Virus record (IMG/VR): IMGVR_UViG_3300005573_000060
Span: 65,698 to 129,697 of that record
Reading direction: 5' to 3' (one strand)
From: a virus
Length of the DNA stretch: 64,000 nt
In this document: one piece after another, positions 25,270 to 36,002 of the stretch
Numbering within the stretch: position 1 is the stretch's first letter
How the letters are laid out: each line of letters starts with the position of its first letter
The notes under the pieces: model-generated
The model's database searches: none
What the model saw: only the letters and a program-made list of their open reading frames with translations
Told to the model about the DNA's origin: nothing
Translations under genes and position numbers: made by a program

Positions 25270-27861
25270 ATGCAATATATTTTTAATGATAGACGAACAT
25301 ATATAACATCCATAGAATTTCAGAACACTTCTCCTATAGTTAATATTGAAAAAATAGTATCTTTTCGAGAAGACGGTATTGTAGGCAATTTTACAAAAAA
25401 AGAATTTTGTTATTCATTTAATAATATTACATGGTCTCCATGGCAAACTCTTAATATTACAAATTTATCTTCAATAGATTTTAGAGATAATCAATACTTT
25501 TATTTACATGTAAAATACTCAAGAAATAAAGTTATTGATGGAAATATTGATCGCTTTTCTATCATATATGATTCTAAGATAACAACTCCATCAATAATAT
25601 ATGACGTTTCTATTATAGATGCCGATTTCTTACAGGGAAAAGACGGAGAATACTATTTAAATTTTAGTAATCATTATGGAAAAATCCCCACATCTTCATT
25701 AACATTTTTTAATGTTGGAGGAGAGGTAGAATGTGCTGATATAATTGATGCATCTGAGTACACAACAATAAGATTTAGAACATTTAAAGGAATAAATAAT
25801 GTAATTGTTTATCAGGATGGCGATAACATTATCATAGATGTTTCTGATTATACACTTAAATCTTATGTAGACGGTTCATTAAATGATATACGTTCACAAT
25901 ATATTCCAGATTTTTCATTAGGATATAAATTTATATGGGACACTTCTGGATTATTAGATGTTAGTATTAGAACTGATGGAGCTCAAGGTGTACAAGGAAC
26001 ACAAGGAACTGTTGGCGCTCAAGGCACACAAGGAGTTCAAGGATCGTTGGGGTTACAAGGTGCTCAAGGAAAAATAGGATCTCAAGGAATTTCGGGCGCA
26101 CAAGGAAAAGTTGGCGCTCAAGGTTCAATTGGTTATCAAGGAGTTCAAGGATCTATCGGCATTCAAGGTATTCAGGGCACACAAGGAAGAGTTGGTTCAA
26201 TTGGGCTTCAAGGAGTTCAAGGACATATAGGTTCTCAAGGATTATCTGGCGTTCAAGGAGCTCAAGGAAACCAGGGACAGAAGGGAGATAAAGGCGATCA
26301 AGGTATTCAAGGTTTAGCTGGTTCTCAGGGAGCTATTGGATCTCAGGGGTCTCAAGGAATGATTGGTCTTAAGGGTGATAAAGGAGATGTAGGCTCTCAA
26401 GGATTAGCAGGTTCTCAGGGTTTGGTGGGATCGCAAGGTGTTCAAGGGTCAAGAGGTTTAAAGGGTGATGATGGTGCTCAAGGAGTTCAAGGATCTATTG
26501 GTATTCAAGGATCACAAGGAATGTCAGTGCAAGGAAGCGCTGGAAAAGCTGGAGATCAAGGTGCACAAGGAACACAAGGCGCACAAGGATTATCGGGTAT
26601 ACAAGGAGCTCAAGGTTCAGAGGGGCAACGTGGCGTAAAAGGAGACACTGGATCTCAAGGAGTTCAAGGAACACAAGGAACTCAAGGTGCTCAAGGTATA
26701 CAGGGTGTAGTTGGTTGTAAGGGTGAAGTTGGAGCGCAAGGAACACAGGGTACTCAAGGAAGAATAGGATCACAAGGTATTCAGGGTAATGTTGGTTATG
26801 GCTCACAAGGAGTGCAAGGAGCTCAAGGTACTGCTATTCAAGGTGTACAAGGAAATGTAGGTATTCAAGGTATTCAAGGTGCAACTGGAAGTGGAGGAGG
26901 AGCCTCAGATGCATCTATAAATGAGTTGTATCAATGGCAAATTATTCAAGACGCATCTATAATATCCAGTGTCATTTATACTTCATCTCTTGATCCAAGT
27001 ATAACAATGCCTTCAGCTGTTGGTGGAATTCCCGCTGGAACTACTGTTAGTCAACTTAATAACAAAACTTTTAGTTATTTATGGGATTCTCTGTTATTTC
27101 CTACAGCATATCCTACATTGACAAATCCTTCAGCTACATTTGTTATAAGTAGTCCATCGTCCACATTACAAGAAGTTTCGGCTAACATTAGTATTCAATT
27201 TTCAGCAACATTTAACAGAGGTTCTATTAGTCCTCAGTATAGTGCAGATAGTCCATATAGAAGCGGGCCTCCTAATAAATACAATTATTCTGGAACAGGA
27301 TTACCTGCATATGTTGATACTTCTGCATTAAGCAACTCACAAACAGTGTCATCTTATTACATTAAACTTGGAAATCAATCATGGTCTTCGTATGTATCAT
27401 ATGATGCGGGTTGTCAACCTAAAGATAGTAAAGGAAATAATTACATGTCTCCTTTACCAGCAGGAAATACATCAACGATAACTAGAACAATAACGGGAGT
27501 TTATCCTATATTCGCTACAACCGTAGATATATCTCTAATGACAAAACAGACATTATATGATATGAATACTGTAGGACCAATAACACTATCTTTAGTTGCA
27601 GAAGTTGGAGGATATAAGCAAGCATTTGAGTTACCCAATGCTTGGATAGGTGCGCCTACAAATAATCCATTGACAGGTATTAGAACATATAACACTGTTT
27701 CTGGGCAATGGGAGTATCAAGGTGGTACAGCAGCAGCATCATTAACAAAATGGACATCTTCTAGTACAACAGAGACAATACAGGGATACGTTATTAATTA
27801 CACTAAATATACATATAATCAAACAGATAGAAGCGCAACACAAATTAGATTAGAATTTTAA
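25270..27861 (+). CDS. Collagen-like fibre protein
   Basis: N-terminal WSxW domain, long G-x-Q collagen tract (about 25975-26900), S/T-rich beta C-terminus. Confidence 0.85.
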   Translation: MQYIFNDRRTYITSIEFQNTSPIVNIEKIVSFREDGIVGNFTKKEFCYSFNNITWSPWQTLNITNLSSIDFRDNQYFYLHVKYSRNKVIDGNIDRFSIIYDSKITTPSIIYDVSIIDADFLQGKDGEYYLNFSNHYGKIPTSSLTFFNVGGEVECADIIDASEYTTIRFRTFKGINNVIVYQDGDNIIIDVSDYTLKSYVDGSLNDIRSQYIPDFSLGYKFIWDTSGLLDVSIRTDGAQGVQGTQGTVGAQGTQGVQGSLGLQGAQGKIGSQGISGAQGKVGAQGSIGYQGVQGSIGIQGIQGTQGRVGSIGLQGVQGHIGSQGLSGVQGAQGNQGQKGDKGDQGIQGLAGSQGAIGSQGSQGMIGLKGDKGDVGSQGLAGSQGLVGSQGVQGSRGLKGDDGAQGVQGSIGIQGSQGMSVQGSAGKAGDQGAQGTQGAQGLSGIQGAQGSEGQRGVKGDTGSQGVQGTQGTQGAQGIQGVVGCKGEVGAQGTQGTQGRIGSQGIQGNVGYGSQGVQGAQGTAIQGVQGNVGIQGIQGATGSGGGASDASINELYQWQIIQDASIISSVIYTSSLDPSITMPSAVGGIPAGTTVSQLNNKTFSYLWDSLLFPTAYPTLTNPSATFVISSPSSTLQEVSANISIQFSATFNRGSISPQYSADSPYRSGPPNKYNYSGTGLPAYVDTSALSNSQTVSSYYIKLGNQSWSSYVSYDAGCQPKDSKGNNYMSPLPAGNTSTITRTITGVYPIFATTVDISLMTKQTLYDMNTVGPITLSLVAEVGGYKQAFELPNAWIGAPTNNPLTGIRTYNTVSGQWEYQGGTAAASLTKWTSSSTTETIQGYVINYTKYTYNQTDRSATQIRLEF

Positions 27862-27881
27862 AATGATTTAATATTTTACTA

Positions 27882-28394
27882 ATGGCTAGATACAAAGGAA
27901 CATTTAACTTTTCTAATAACTTTGAAGTACTTAATAAGGCTCCATTGGATGCTAGACTTGTTGTTGACACAAGAGCAGATCTAATAGATCCTTCAACATG
28001 GAAAGATAGCGCAGGTTTAGTATGGTTATTTAAAGGTATAATTGTTTCTGTTGTATCAGATTCGAATCCTTCATATAATGGTCCTTATTTTTTAACAGAT
28101 GAAACTAGTTATACAAGTTATAGTAGTTGGGTAAAACTTGAAACTGGAGCATCAGGAACATCTTTGTTAGTATATGACGCATCTATAATAGGCGATAATG
28201 TCACAACTGTTTTTCCGATAATACATAATTTAAACACTATGAGACAAAATATAACAATTTCAGACGCAATGACAAATGCGATAATTTATCCAGGAATAAC
28301 TATAGGATCAAGTACAAATTACATATCATTCTTTACACCTCCATCAACATCAGAAGTATATAACGTTCACATAAGCTCGAATATCATAACATAA
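27882..28394 (+). CDS. Virion structural protein
   Basis: FEV...APLDARLVV...ADL motif; position in fibre operon. Confidence 0.6.
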   Translation: MARYKGTFNFSNNFEVLNKAPLDARLVVDTRADLIDPSTWKDSAGLVWLFKGIIVSVVSDSNPSYNGPYFLTDETSYTSYSSWVKLETGASGTSLLVYDASIIGDNVTTVFPIIHNLNTMRQNITISDAMTNAIIYPGITIGSSTNYISFFTPPSTSEVYNVHISSNIIT

Positions 28395-28479
28395 AAAATA
28401 GCAAAGAATAAATAAATAAAATAAAAATTGATAATTTATAAATGATGAAAATATCATTTTAGCTAAAATAATATGAAAT

Positions 28480-29379
28480 ATGAATATCACCAAATTTGTG
28501 GCTCCTAATACAATATTTGATTCAAGTGTATCATTTCTACGAAATATATCATTTGAATCATCTACTTATTTACATGGAACCGCGTTCATAAACGCCCCAG
28601 CCACAGTTTCTGCGCAAAACCCATATGCATTAGTGCTTGAAACCGGAACAGGAAATAATTTACAGATTAAATCTGTACAATTAGGAACAATGGCGTTTCA
28701 AGCATCGACGAATTATTATACAGCGGCTCAACTTGATGCTTCTTTTAATGTAATTTGGACAAAATTTTCTAGTGAAGATGCTTCTATAGTTGCATTAAGA
28801 ACTAAAGATTCAAATATAGATACTTCACTTAATCAGATTTGGAGTAAACTGGGAAGTGAAGATTCTTCTATAGTTGCATTAAGAACTAAAGATTCAAATA
28901 TAGATACTTCACTTAATCAAATTTGGTCTAAATTAGGAAATGAAGACACATCAATAAATGGCGCTTATACTGCTATTAATGATTTATCGTTAAATAGATT
29001 AAAAGATGTACGTAACATTAATGTAACGGGTAATGCTTCTATATACGCATACGAAACTGATAATGTAGCATATATCAAAAAATTAGTTGCTGGATCTGGT
29101 GCAACAATAACAGAAGACGCATCTACAATTACGATAGCAGTATCAGGTGTTGCTGGATATGTAAGAAAATATTCTGGCACATTTGATGGAACAGCTAATG
29201 CATCTATTGGAATACTTGCGGTAACACATGGTTTAGGAACAGGCCCACTATCTATAACAGTTTATGAATCAAATCAACAAGTTTGGCCGGCAATAGATTG
29301 TGATGATAGTGGAAATGTTGTTATATCATGGTCACCTGGATCATTAGGTACAAATTGCAAATATATTATAGTGGGATAA
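28480..29379 (+). CDS. Fibre-associated protein with coiled-coil repeat
   Basis: Tandem 28-aa repeat SED(A/S)SIVALRTKDSNIDTSLNQIWSKLG. Confidence 0.65.
   Translation: MNITKFVAPNTIFDSSVSFLRNISFESSTYLHGTAFINAPATVSAQNPYALVLETGTGNNLQIKSVQLGTMAFQASTNYYTAAQLDASFNVIWTKFSSEDASIVALRTKDSNIDTSLNQIWSKLGSEDSSIVALRTKDSNIDTSLNQIWSKLGNEDTSINGAYTAINDLSLNRLKDVRNINVTGNASIYAYETDNVAYIKKLVAGSGATITEDASTITIAVSGVAGYVRKYSGTFDGTANASIGILAVTHGLGTGPLSITVYESNQQVWPAIDCDDSGNVVISWSPGSLGTNCKYIIVG
28771..28938 (+). repeat. 2 x 84-bp tandem repeat (coding)
   Basis: Copies start at 28771 and 28855. Confidence 0.9.
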
Positions 29380-29448
29380 TTTTACATATGATTGAATTTA
29401 TCCATTATTTTATATTTTTCTGGATAGTGAAAGAAAATGATAAAATAA

Positions 29449-32400
29449 ATGGCTCGCGAATTTAAGATAAAAAATGGCCTTTTAATAGAAGGCTCGACAA
29501 ATACTGCTCCTGTAATAGCTATAAGAAACTCTTCCACAGAGATAACTAAAGATTCTTCTTCTATATTAGTTACAGGAAAAGCTATATATGATTATGTTGA
29601 TAGATTAGTTGATATTACTGTTCCAGGAGATGCATGCATTTATACCGCTAAAGACTGGTTTGAAGATACACAAATGGCGGGTCGCATTTCTGGAGGTATC
29701 ATAACACCCAATGGAGATGGAACTATAAGTGTTTCTTCTGGAACTGGTATAGTTCATATAATTTCTTCTTCTCCAAATTCTTATGCTGATGACCCGGGTC
29801 TTACATCACCAATTAAATATGTTACATGGCCAAGTGTTTCTAATTTAACATTAACAGATAATGCATATAATTACATTTATTATGATTATGAAACTGGATC
29901 TATTTTAGCTACAACAAATTTTTATTCTATAGATTTTACAAGAGAATTTACTATAGGTAGAGCTTATAGAATGGGTAATTATGTTGTAGCAAGATTATGC
30001 GGAACAAATGTTTGGAATTTTGATAGAAGAGTTCAATTATTTGGAGAAGAAAGATTTCCAGTTGAGAGAGCATCTGGATTAATAACAGGTGATTCTGGTG
30101 ATAGAAAAATAAATGTTTCTGCTGGTGTTATTTGGGCTGAACTTGTTAACAGATTCATAACCGATTCATTTGATTCTTCTGCTGGCGGAAAATTTACTAC
30201 ATGGTATCATTCAAGTGGAGTGTGGAATTCTTCAACTGGTCAAACACAAGTTAGTAATACTCAATATGATAATGGTACTAATTTACAAAATCTTGGCACA
30301 AATAGATATGGAATTCACTGGGTTTATGTTGTACATGATGGTTCCATTCATGTTGTATATGGAAATGCTAATGAAGTTTCACTTCAAAATGCGCAACAAG
30401 CTTCAGTGCCTTCAGATATACCCGGTTTATTAAAAGCATACGCAACTTTAAGCGCAAAGATAATAGTAAGACAAGGAAATAATCAAATCATACAAATACA
30501 AAGTGCATATGATAAGTCATTTTCAGCATCTGTTATTACAGATCATAATAGTTTATCTGGATTGCAAGGTGGTAGTGCTGGAGAATATTATCATTTAGAT
30601 AACGCAAATTATAATTATTTAACTAATAAAAGTTTTATATTAGACACTTCTGTTGGTTCATCTAGCAATCATACTATATTTTGGTTAAATGGATATCTGG
30701 AAGGAAGCACTGGATTGCAAGGAACACAAGGAACTCAAGGAAGACAGGGAACTCAAGGAACATCGGGTAGTCAAGGTGCTGTAGGAAGTCAAGGTGCTGT
30801 AGGTAGTCAAGGTGCTGTAGGTAGTCAAGGTGCTGTAGGTAGTCAAGGTGCCGTAGGAAGTCAAGGTGCAGTTGGCAGCCAAGGTTCTATAGGAAGTCAA
30901 GGAACTCAAGGAGTTCAAGGTAGACAAGGAACACAGGGAGTTCAAGGAACTGTTGGCATGATTAATGATGCTTCATACAATGTTCTTTGGAATTGGCATG
31001 TAAGCGAAGATTCATCGATAGTAAATTTAAGAACTAAAGATTCAAACATAGATACTTCAATAAACAATCTTTATTCATACACAAATTCAACCTTTGTTCC
31101 AAATGCTTCAATTGGAAGCTCAAGTTCACATACTATATTTTGGTTAAATGGATATCTGGAAGGAAGCACTGGATTGCAAGGAACACAAGGAACTCAAGGA
31201 AGACAGGGAACTCAAGGAACGTTGGGTAGTCAAGGTGCCGTAGGAAGTCAAGGTGCTGTAGGTAGCCAAGGTTCTATTGGAAGCCAAGGTGCTGTAGGTA
31301 GTCAAGGAACTCAAGGAGTTCAAGGTAGACAAGGAACTCAAGGAACTATAGGCATGGTTAATGATGCTTCATACAATGTTCTTTGGAATTGGCATATAAG
31401 TGAAGACTCGTCAATAGTGAATTTAAGAACTAAAGATTCAAACATAGACACATCAATCAATACCCTTTATTCTTATACGAACTCAACCTTTGTTCCAAAT
31501 GCTTCAATTGGAAGTTCAAGTTCGCATACTATATTCTGGCTTAATGGATATCTAGAAGGAAGTACAGGATTGCAAGGAACACAAGGAACTCAAGGAACTC
31601 AGGGTCTTCAAGGTGTTCAGGGAAGACAGGGAACTCAAGGAACATTGGGTAGTCAAGGGGCAGTTGGTAGTCAAGGTTCTATAGGAAGCCAAGGTGCTGT
31701 AGGTAGTCAAGGTTCTATAGGAACTCAAGGAACTCAAGGAACTGTTGGCATGATTAACGATGCTTCATACAATGTTCTTTGGAATTGGCATGTAAGTGAA
31801 GACTCGTCAATAGTAAATTTAAGAACTAAAGATTCAAATATAGACACTTCAATAAACAATCTTTATTCATACGCTAATTCAACTTTTGTTCCAAATGCTT
31901 CAATTGGAAGCTCAAGTTCACATACTATATTCTGGCTCAATGGATATCTAGAAGGAAGCACAGGATTGCAAGGAACTCAAGGTACTCAAGGAGTTCAAGG
32001 AAGACAGGGAACTCAAGGAACATTAGGTAGTCAAGGTTCTATTGGAAGTCAAGGTGCCATAGGAAGTCAAGGTGCTGTAGGAAGTCAAGGAACTCAAGGA
32101 GTTCAAGGTGTTCAGGGCAGACAAGGAACTCAAGGAACTACAGGCATGGTTAATGATGCTTCATACAATGTTCTTTGGAATTGGCATGTAAGTGAAGATG
32201 CTTCTATAGTGAATTTAAGAACTAAGGATTCAAATATAGACACATCGATCAATACCCTTTATTCTTATACGAACTCAACCTTTGTTCCAAATGCTTCAAT
32301 TGGAAGTTCAAGTTCACATACTATATTCTGGCTTAATGGATATCTAGAAGGAAGCACTGGGCTTCAAGGAACTCAAGGAACCTTGGGTAGTCAAGGAGCT

Positions 32401-35400
32401 ATAGGAAGTCAGGGTGCTATTGGAAGCCAAGGTGCTGTAGGAAGCCAAGGTGCTATAGGTAGTCAAGGAGCAGTTGGTAGCCAAGGTGCTGTTGGAAGTC
32501 AAGGAACTCAAGGAGTTCAAGGTAGACAAGGAACTCAAGGAACTACGGGTATGATTAATGATGCTTCATACAATGTTCTTTGGAATTGGCATGTAAGTGA
32601 AGATGCTTCTATAGTGAATTTAAGAACTAAGGATTCAAATATAGACACTTCAATAAACAATCTTTATTCATACACAAATTCAACCTTTGTTCCGAATGTT
32701 TCAATTGGAAGCTCAAGTTCACATACTATATTTTGGTTAAATGGATATCTGGAAGGAAGCACTGGATTGCAAGGAACTCAAGGAACTCAAGGTACTCAAG
32801 GAGTTCAAGGAAGACAAGGAACTCAAGGAACATCGGGTAGTCAAGGAGCAGTTGGTAGCCAAGGTTCTATAGGAAGTCAAGGTGCTATAGGTAGCCAAGG
32901 TGCTATTGGAAGTCAAGGAACTCAAGGAACTATAGGCATGATTAATGATGCTTCATATAATGTTCTTTGGAATTGGCATGTAAGTGAAGATTCATCAATA
33001 GTAAATTTAAGAACTAAAGATTCAAACATAGACACATCGATCAATATCCTTTATTCTTATACGAACTCAACCTTTGTTCCAAATGCTTCAATTGGAAGTT
33101 CAAGTTCACATACCATATTTTGGCTAAATGGATATCTGGAAGGAAGCACTGGACTTCAAGGAACTCAAGGAACTCAAGGAAGACAGGGAACTCAAGGGAC
33201 ATTAGGTAGTCAAGGTGCCGTAGGAAGTCAAGGAGCAGTTGGTAGCCAAGGTGCTGTTGGAAGCCAAGGAACACAAGGCGTTCAAGGAGTTCAAGGCAGA
33301 CAAGGAACTCAAGGAACTGTTGGCATGATTAATGATGCTTCATACAATGTTCTTTGGAATTGGCATGTAAGTGAAGATTCATCAATAGTAAATTTAAGAA
33401 CTAAAGATTCAAACATAGATACTTCAATCAATATTCTCTATTCTTATACTAACTCAACTTTTGTTCCAAATACTTCAATTGGAAGCTCAAGTTCGCATAC
33501 TATATTCTGGCTTAATGGATATCTAGAAGGAAGTACAGGATTGCAAGGAACACAAGGTACTCAGGGAGTTCAAGGAAGACAAGGAACTCAAGGAACATTG
33601 GGCAGTCAGGGCGCTGTAGGTAGTCAAGGTGCTGTAGGTAGTCAAGGAACACAAGGTGTTCAAGGAGTTCAAGGAAGACAAGGAACTCAAGGCGTTCAAG
33701 GAACTTCTGCAGATGGAACAACATATCTGAGAAATCTTTTAGATGTTTCTATTGGAACAGACGTTTCTAGTGGTTATGTTTTAGTTTATGACCCAAGTTC
33801 AAATGATGCTAGCAAATGGCGGGCAATTAAATCAATTGATGCAAGATTAATATTTATTCCTGAGGCATCGTTTGGTACAGATTTTGAGTGGGTTAATGGG
33901 TATTTAGAATTAAGTGTTAGCGCGCAAGGAACACAAGGGACACAAGGAACTCAAGGAACATTAGGTAGTCAAGGAGCTGTAGGTAGCCAAGGTTCTATTG
34001 GAAGCCAAGGTACTATAGGTAGTCAAGGAGCGATTGGAAGCCAAGGTGTTGTAGGAAGTCAAGGTGCTGTAGGTAGTCAAGGAACTCAAGGAGTTCAAGG
34101 CAGACAAGGAACTCAAGGAACTATAGGCATGATTAATGATGCTTCATACAATGTTCTTTGGAATTGGCATGTAAGTGAAGATGCTTCTATAGTGAATTTA
34201 AGAACTAAGGATTCAAATATAGACACATCGATCAATACTCTCTATTCTTATGCAAATTCTACATTTGTTCCAAATGCTTCAATTGGAAGCTCGAGTTCAC
34301 ATACTATATTTTGGTTAAATGGATATTTGGAAGGAAGCACTGGATTGCAAGGAACTCAAGGAACACAAGGAGTTCAAGGAAGACAGGGAACTCAAGGAAC
34401 ATTGGGTAGTCAAGGAGCTATAGGAAGTCAAGGCTCTATAGGAAGTCAAGGTGTTGTAGGAAGTCAGGGTGCTGTAGGTAGTCAAGGAACTCAAGGAGTT
34501 CAAGGCAGACAAGGAACTCAAGGAACTGTTGGCATGATTAATGATGCTTCATACAATGTTCTTTGGAATTGGCATGTAAGTGAAGATTCATCAATAGTAA
34601 ATTTAAGAACTAAAGATTCAAACATAGATACTTCAATCAATATTCTCTATTCTTATACTAACTCAACTTTTGTTCCAAATACTTCAATTGGAAGCTCAAG
34701 TTCGCATACTATATTCTGGCTTAATGGATATCTAGAAGGAAGTACAGGATTGCAAGGAACACAAGGTACTCAAGGAGTTCAAGGAAGACAAGGAACTCAA
34801 GGAACATTGGGCAGTCAGGGCGCTGTAGGTAGTCAAGGTTCTATAGGAAGTCAAGGAGCAGTTGGTAGTCAGGGTGCTATAGGTAGTCAAGGTACTGTAG
34901 GTAGTCAAGGAACTCAAGGAACTACAGGCATGGTTAATGATGCTTCATACAATGTTCTTTGGAATTGGCATGTAAGTGAAGACTCGTCAATAGTAAATTT
35001 AAGAACTAAAGATTCAAACATAGATACTTCAATCAATATTCTCTATTCTTATACTAACTCAACTTTTGTTCCAAATGCTTCAATTGGAAGTTCAAATTCG
35101 CATACTGTATTTTGGTTAAATGGATATCTGGAAGGAAGCACTGGATTGCAAGGAACTCAAGGAACTCAAGGAGTTCAAGGAAGACAGGGAACTCAAGGTG
35201 CTGTAGGTAGTCAAGGTGCTGTAGGTAGCCAAGGTGCTGTAGGTAGCCAAGGTACTATCGGTATTCAAGGTGCTGTAGGTAGTCAAGGTTCTATAGGAAG
35301 CCAAGGTGCTATAGGAAGTCAAGGTGCTATAGGAAGTCAAGGTGCTATAGGTAGTCAAGGAACTCAAGGAGTTCAAGGAATTATTGGAACTAACGCAGGT

Positions 35401-35994
35401 ATTACATCATACACAAATCCTGCAGATAATAGAGTAATAACATCTGTTAATTCTACTACTATAAATGCTGAATCAAATCTATTATTCGATGGATCAATTT
35501 TAAGAGTAACTGGTGATGCTAGTATTTCTACAAATGTATTTATTGGAAGTACTTTAAGTGTTGGAAATATTTTATCAGGTGTTAGCGGTGTTTATGGGTT
35601 GGTTATTAGTAGCGCAAATGGAGGATTATATGTAGATAGAACTGGCGGAGGTGAAGCGTTTATATCACTATCAACAGATAATAGTAATGGAGCTCAAATA
35701 AGAGGATTGGCTACAGGTGGTATTAGATTTACAGATAAAACTAGTTCTACAGAGTATGCAAGAATAAATAGCTCAGGATATTTAGGTCTTAATACTACTA
35801 ATCCTACAGCAAGATTAACTGTTATCGGTGATGTAAGTATAGCAGGAAATAGTATACTTTCAAAAAATTATTATCATTATATAGGAGATCCCAATACAGA
35901 TGGATCTTGGAGATGGCTTATTAATGGTTCTGGAGATCTCGAGTTTCAAAAGAGAGTAAGCGGAACATGGACATATAAAGGAAAATTCTCATAA
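29449..35994 (+). CDS. Giant (2181 aa) modular collagen-like tail fibre
   Basis: 12 G-x-Q tracts alternating with 10 near-identical NDASYNVLWNWH...HTIFWLNGYLEG spacers; DHNSLSGLQGG..GEYYHL; C-terminal GDPNTDGSWR. Confidence 0.88.
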   Translation: MAREFKIKNGLLIEGSTNTAPVIAIRNSSTEITKDSSSILVTGKAIYDYVDRLVDITVPGDACIYTAKDWFEDTQMAGRISGGIITPNGDGTISVSSGTGIVHIISSSPNSYADDPGLTSPIKYVTWPSVSNLTLTDNAYNYIYYDYETGSILATTNFYSIDFTREFTIGRAYRMGNYVVARLCGTNVWNFDRRVQLFGEERFPVERASGLITGDSGDRKINVSAGVIWAELVNRFITDSFDSSAGGKFTTWYHSSGVWNSSTGQTQVSNTQYDNGTNLQNLGTNRYGIHWVYVVHDGSIHVVYGNANEVSLQNAQQASVPSDIPGLLKAYATLSAKIIVRQGNNQIIQIQSAYDKSFSASVITDHNSLSGLQGGSAGEYYHLDNANYNYLTNKSFILDTSVGSSSNHTIFWLNGYLEGSTGLQGTQGTQGRQGTQGTSGSQGAVGSQGAVGSQGAVGSQGAVGSQGAVGSQGAVGSQGSIGSQGTQGVQGRQGTQGVQGTVGMINDASYNVLWNWHVSEDSSIVNLRTKDSNIDTSINNLYSYTNSTFVPNASIGSSSSHTIFWLNGYLEGSTGLQGTQGTQGRQGTQGTLGSQGAVGSQGAVGSQGSIGSQGAVGSQGTQGVQGRQGTQGTIGMVNDASYNVLWNWHISEDSSIVNLRTKDSNIDTSINTLYSYTNSTFVPNASIGSSSSHTIFWLNGYLEGSTGLQGTQGTQGTQGLQGVQGRQGTQGTLGSQGAVGSQGSIGSQGAVGSQGSIGTQGTQGTVGMINDASYNVLWNWHVSEDSSIVNLRTKDSNIDTSINNLYSYANSTFVPNASIGSSSSHTIFWLNGYLEGSTGLQGTQGTQGVQGRQGTQGTLGSQGSIGSQGAIGSQGAVGSQGTQGVQGVQGRQGTQGTTGMVNDASYNVLWNWHVSEDASIVNLRTKDSNIDTSINTLYSYTNSTFVPNASIGSSSSHTIFWLNGYLEGSTGLQGTQGTLGSQGAIGSQGAIGSQGAVGSQGAIGSQGAVGSQGAVGSQGTQGVQGRQGTQGTTGMINDASYNVLWNWHVSEDASIVNLRTKDSNIDTSINNLYSYTNSTFVPNVSIGSSSSHTIFWLNGYLEGSTGLQGTQGTQGTQGVQGRQGTQGTSGSQGAVGSQGSIGSQGAIGSQGAIGSQGTQGTIGMINDASYNVLWNWHVSEDSSIVNLRTKDSNIDTSINILYSYTNSTFVPNASIGSSSSHTIFWLNGYLEGSTGLQGTQGTQGRQGTQGTLGSQGAVGSQGAVGSQGAVGSQGTQGVQGVQGRQGTQGTVGMINDASYNVLWNWHVSEDSSIVNLRTKDSNIDTSINILYSYTNSTFVPNTSIGSSSSHTIFWLNGYLEGSTGLQGTQGTQGVQGRQGTQGTLGSQGAVGSQGAVGSQGTQGVQGVQGRQGTQGVQGTSADGTTYLRNLLDVSIGTDVSSGYVLVYDPSSNDASKWRAIKSIDARLIFIPEASFGTDFEWVNGYLELSVSAQGTQGTQGTQGTLGSQGAVGSQGSIGSQGTIGSQGAIGSQGVVGSQGAVGSQGTQGVQGRQGTQGTIGMINDASYNVLWNWHVSEDASIVNLRTKDSNIDTSINTLYSYANSTFVPNASIGSSSSHTIFWLNGYLEGSTGLQGTQGTQGVQGRQGTQGTLGSQGAIGSQGSIGSQGVVGSQGAVGSQGTQGVQGRQGTQGTVGMINDASYNVLWNWHVSEDSSIVNLRTKDSNIDTSINILYSYTNSTFVPNTSIGSSSSHTIFWLNGYLEGSTGLQGTQGTQGVQGRQGTQGTLGSQGAVGSQGSIGSQGAVGSQGAIGSQGTVGSQGTQGTTGMVNDASYNVLWNWHVSEDSSIVNLRTKDSNIDTSINILYSYTNSTFVPNASIGSSNSHTVFWLNGYLEGSTGLQGTQGTQGVQGRQGTQGAVGSQGAVGSQGAVGSQGTIGIQGAVGSQGSIGSQGAIGSQGAIGSQGAIGSQGTQGVQGIIGTNAGITSYTNPADNRVITSVNSTTINAESNLLFDGSILRVTGDASISTNVFIGSTLSVGNILSGVSGVYGLVISSANGGLYVDRTGGGEAFISLSTDNSNGAQIRGLATGGIRFTDKTSSTEYARINSSGYLGLNTTNPTARLTVIGDVSIAGNSILSKNYYHYIGDPNTDGSWRWLINGSGDLEFQKRVSGTWTYKGKFS
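30682..35380 (+). repeat. About 400-bp coding repeat array (collagen tract plus spacer module)
   Basis: aatgttctttggaattggca occurs 10 times at about 400-bp spacing, with one divergent insert at about 33710-33920. Confidence 0.95.
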
Positions 35995-36002
35995 AATTTA
36001 GT

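Noticed and set aside
30170-35376. Many short minus-strand or off-frame ORFs rich in S/L/T/Y (for example MSSLSTLNSL...)
   Set aside because: Shadows of the G-x-Q collagen codon repeats on the opposite strand; no independent signals
29449-35994. Regularly spaced identical nucleotide blocks resembling a CRISPR array
   Set aside because: Blocks are in frame within one ORF, about 180 nt long, with related rather than unique spacers; no cas1/cas2
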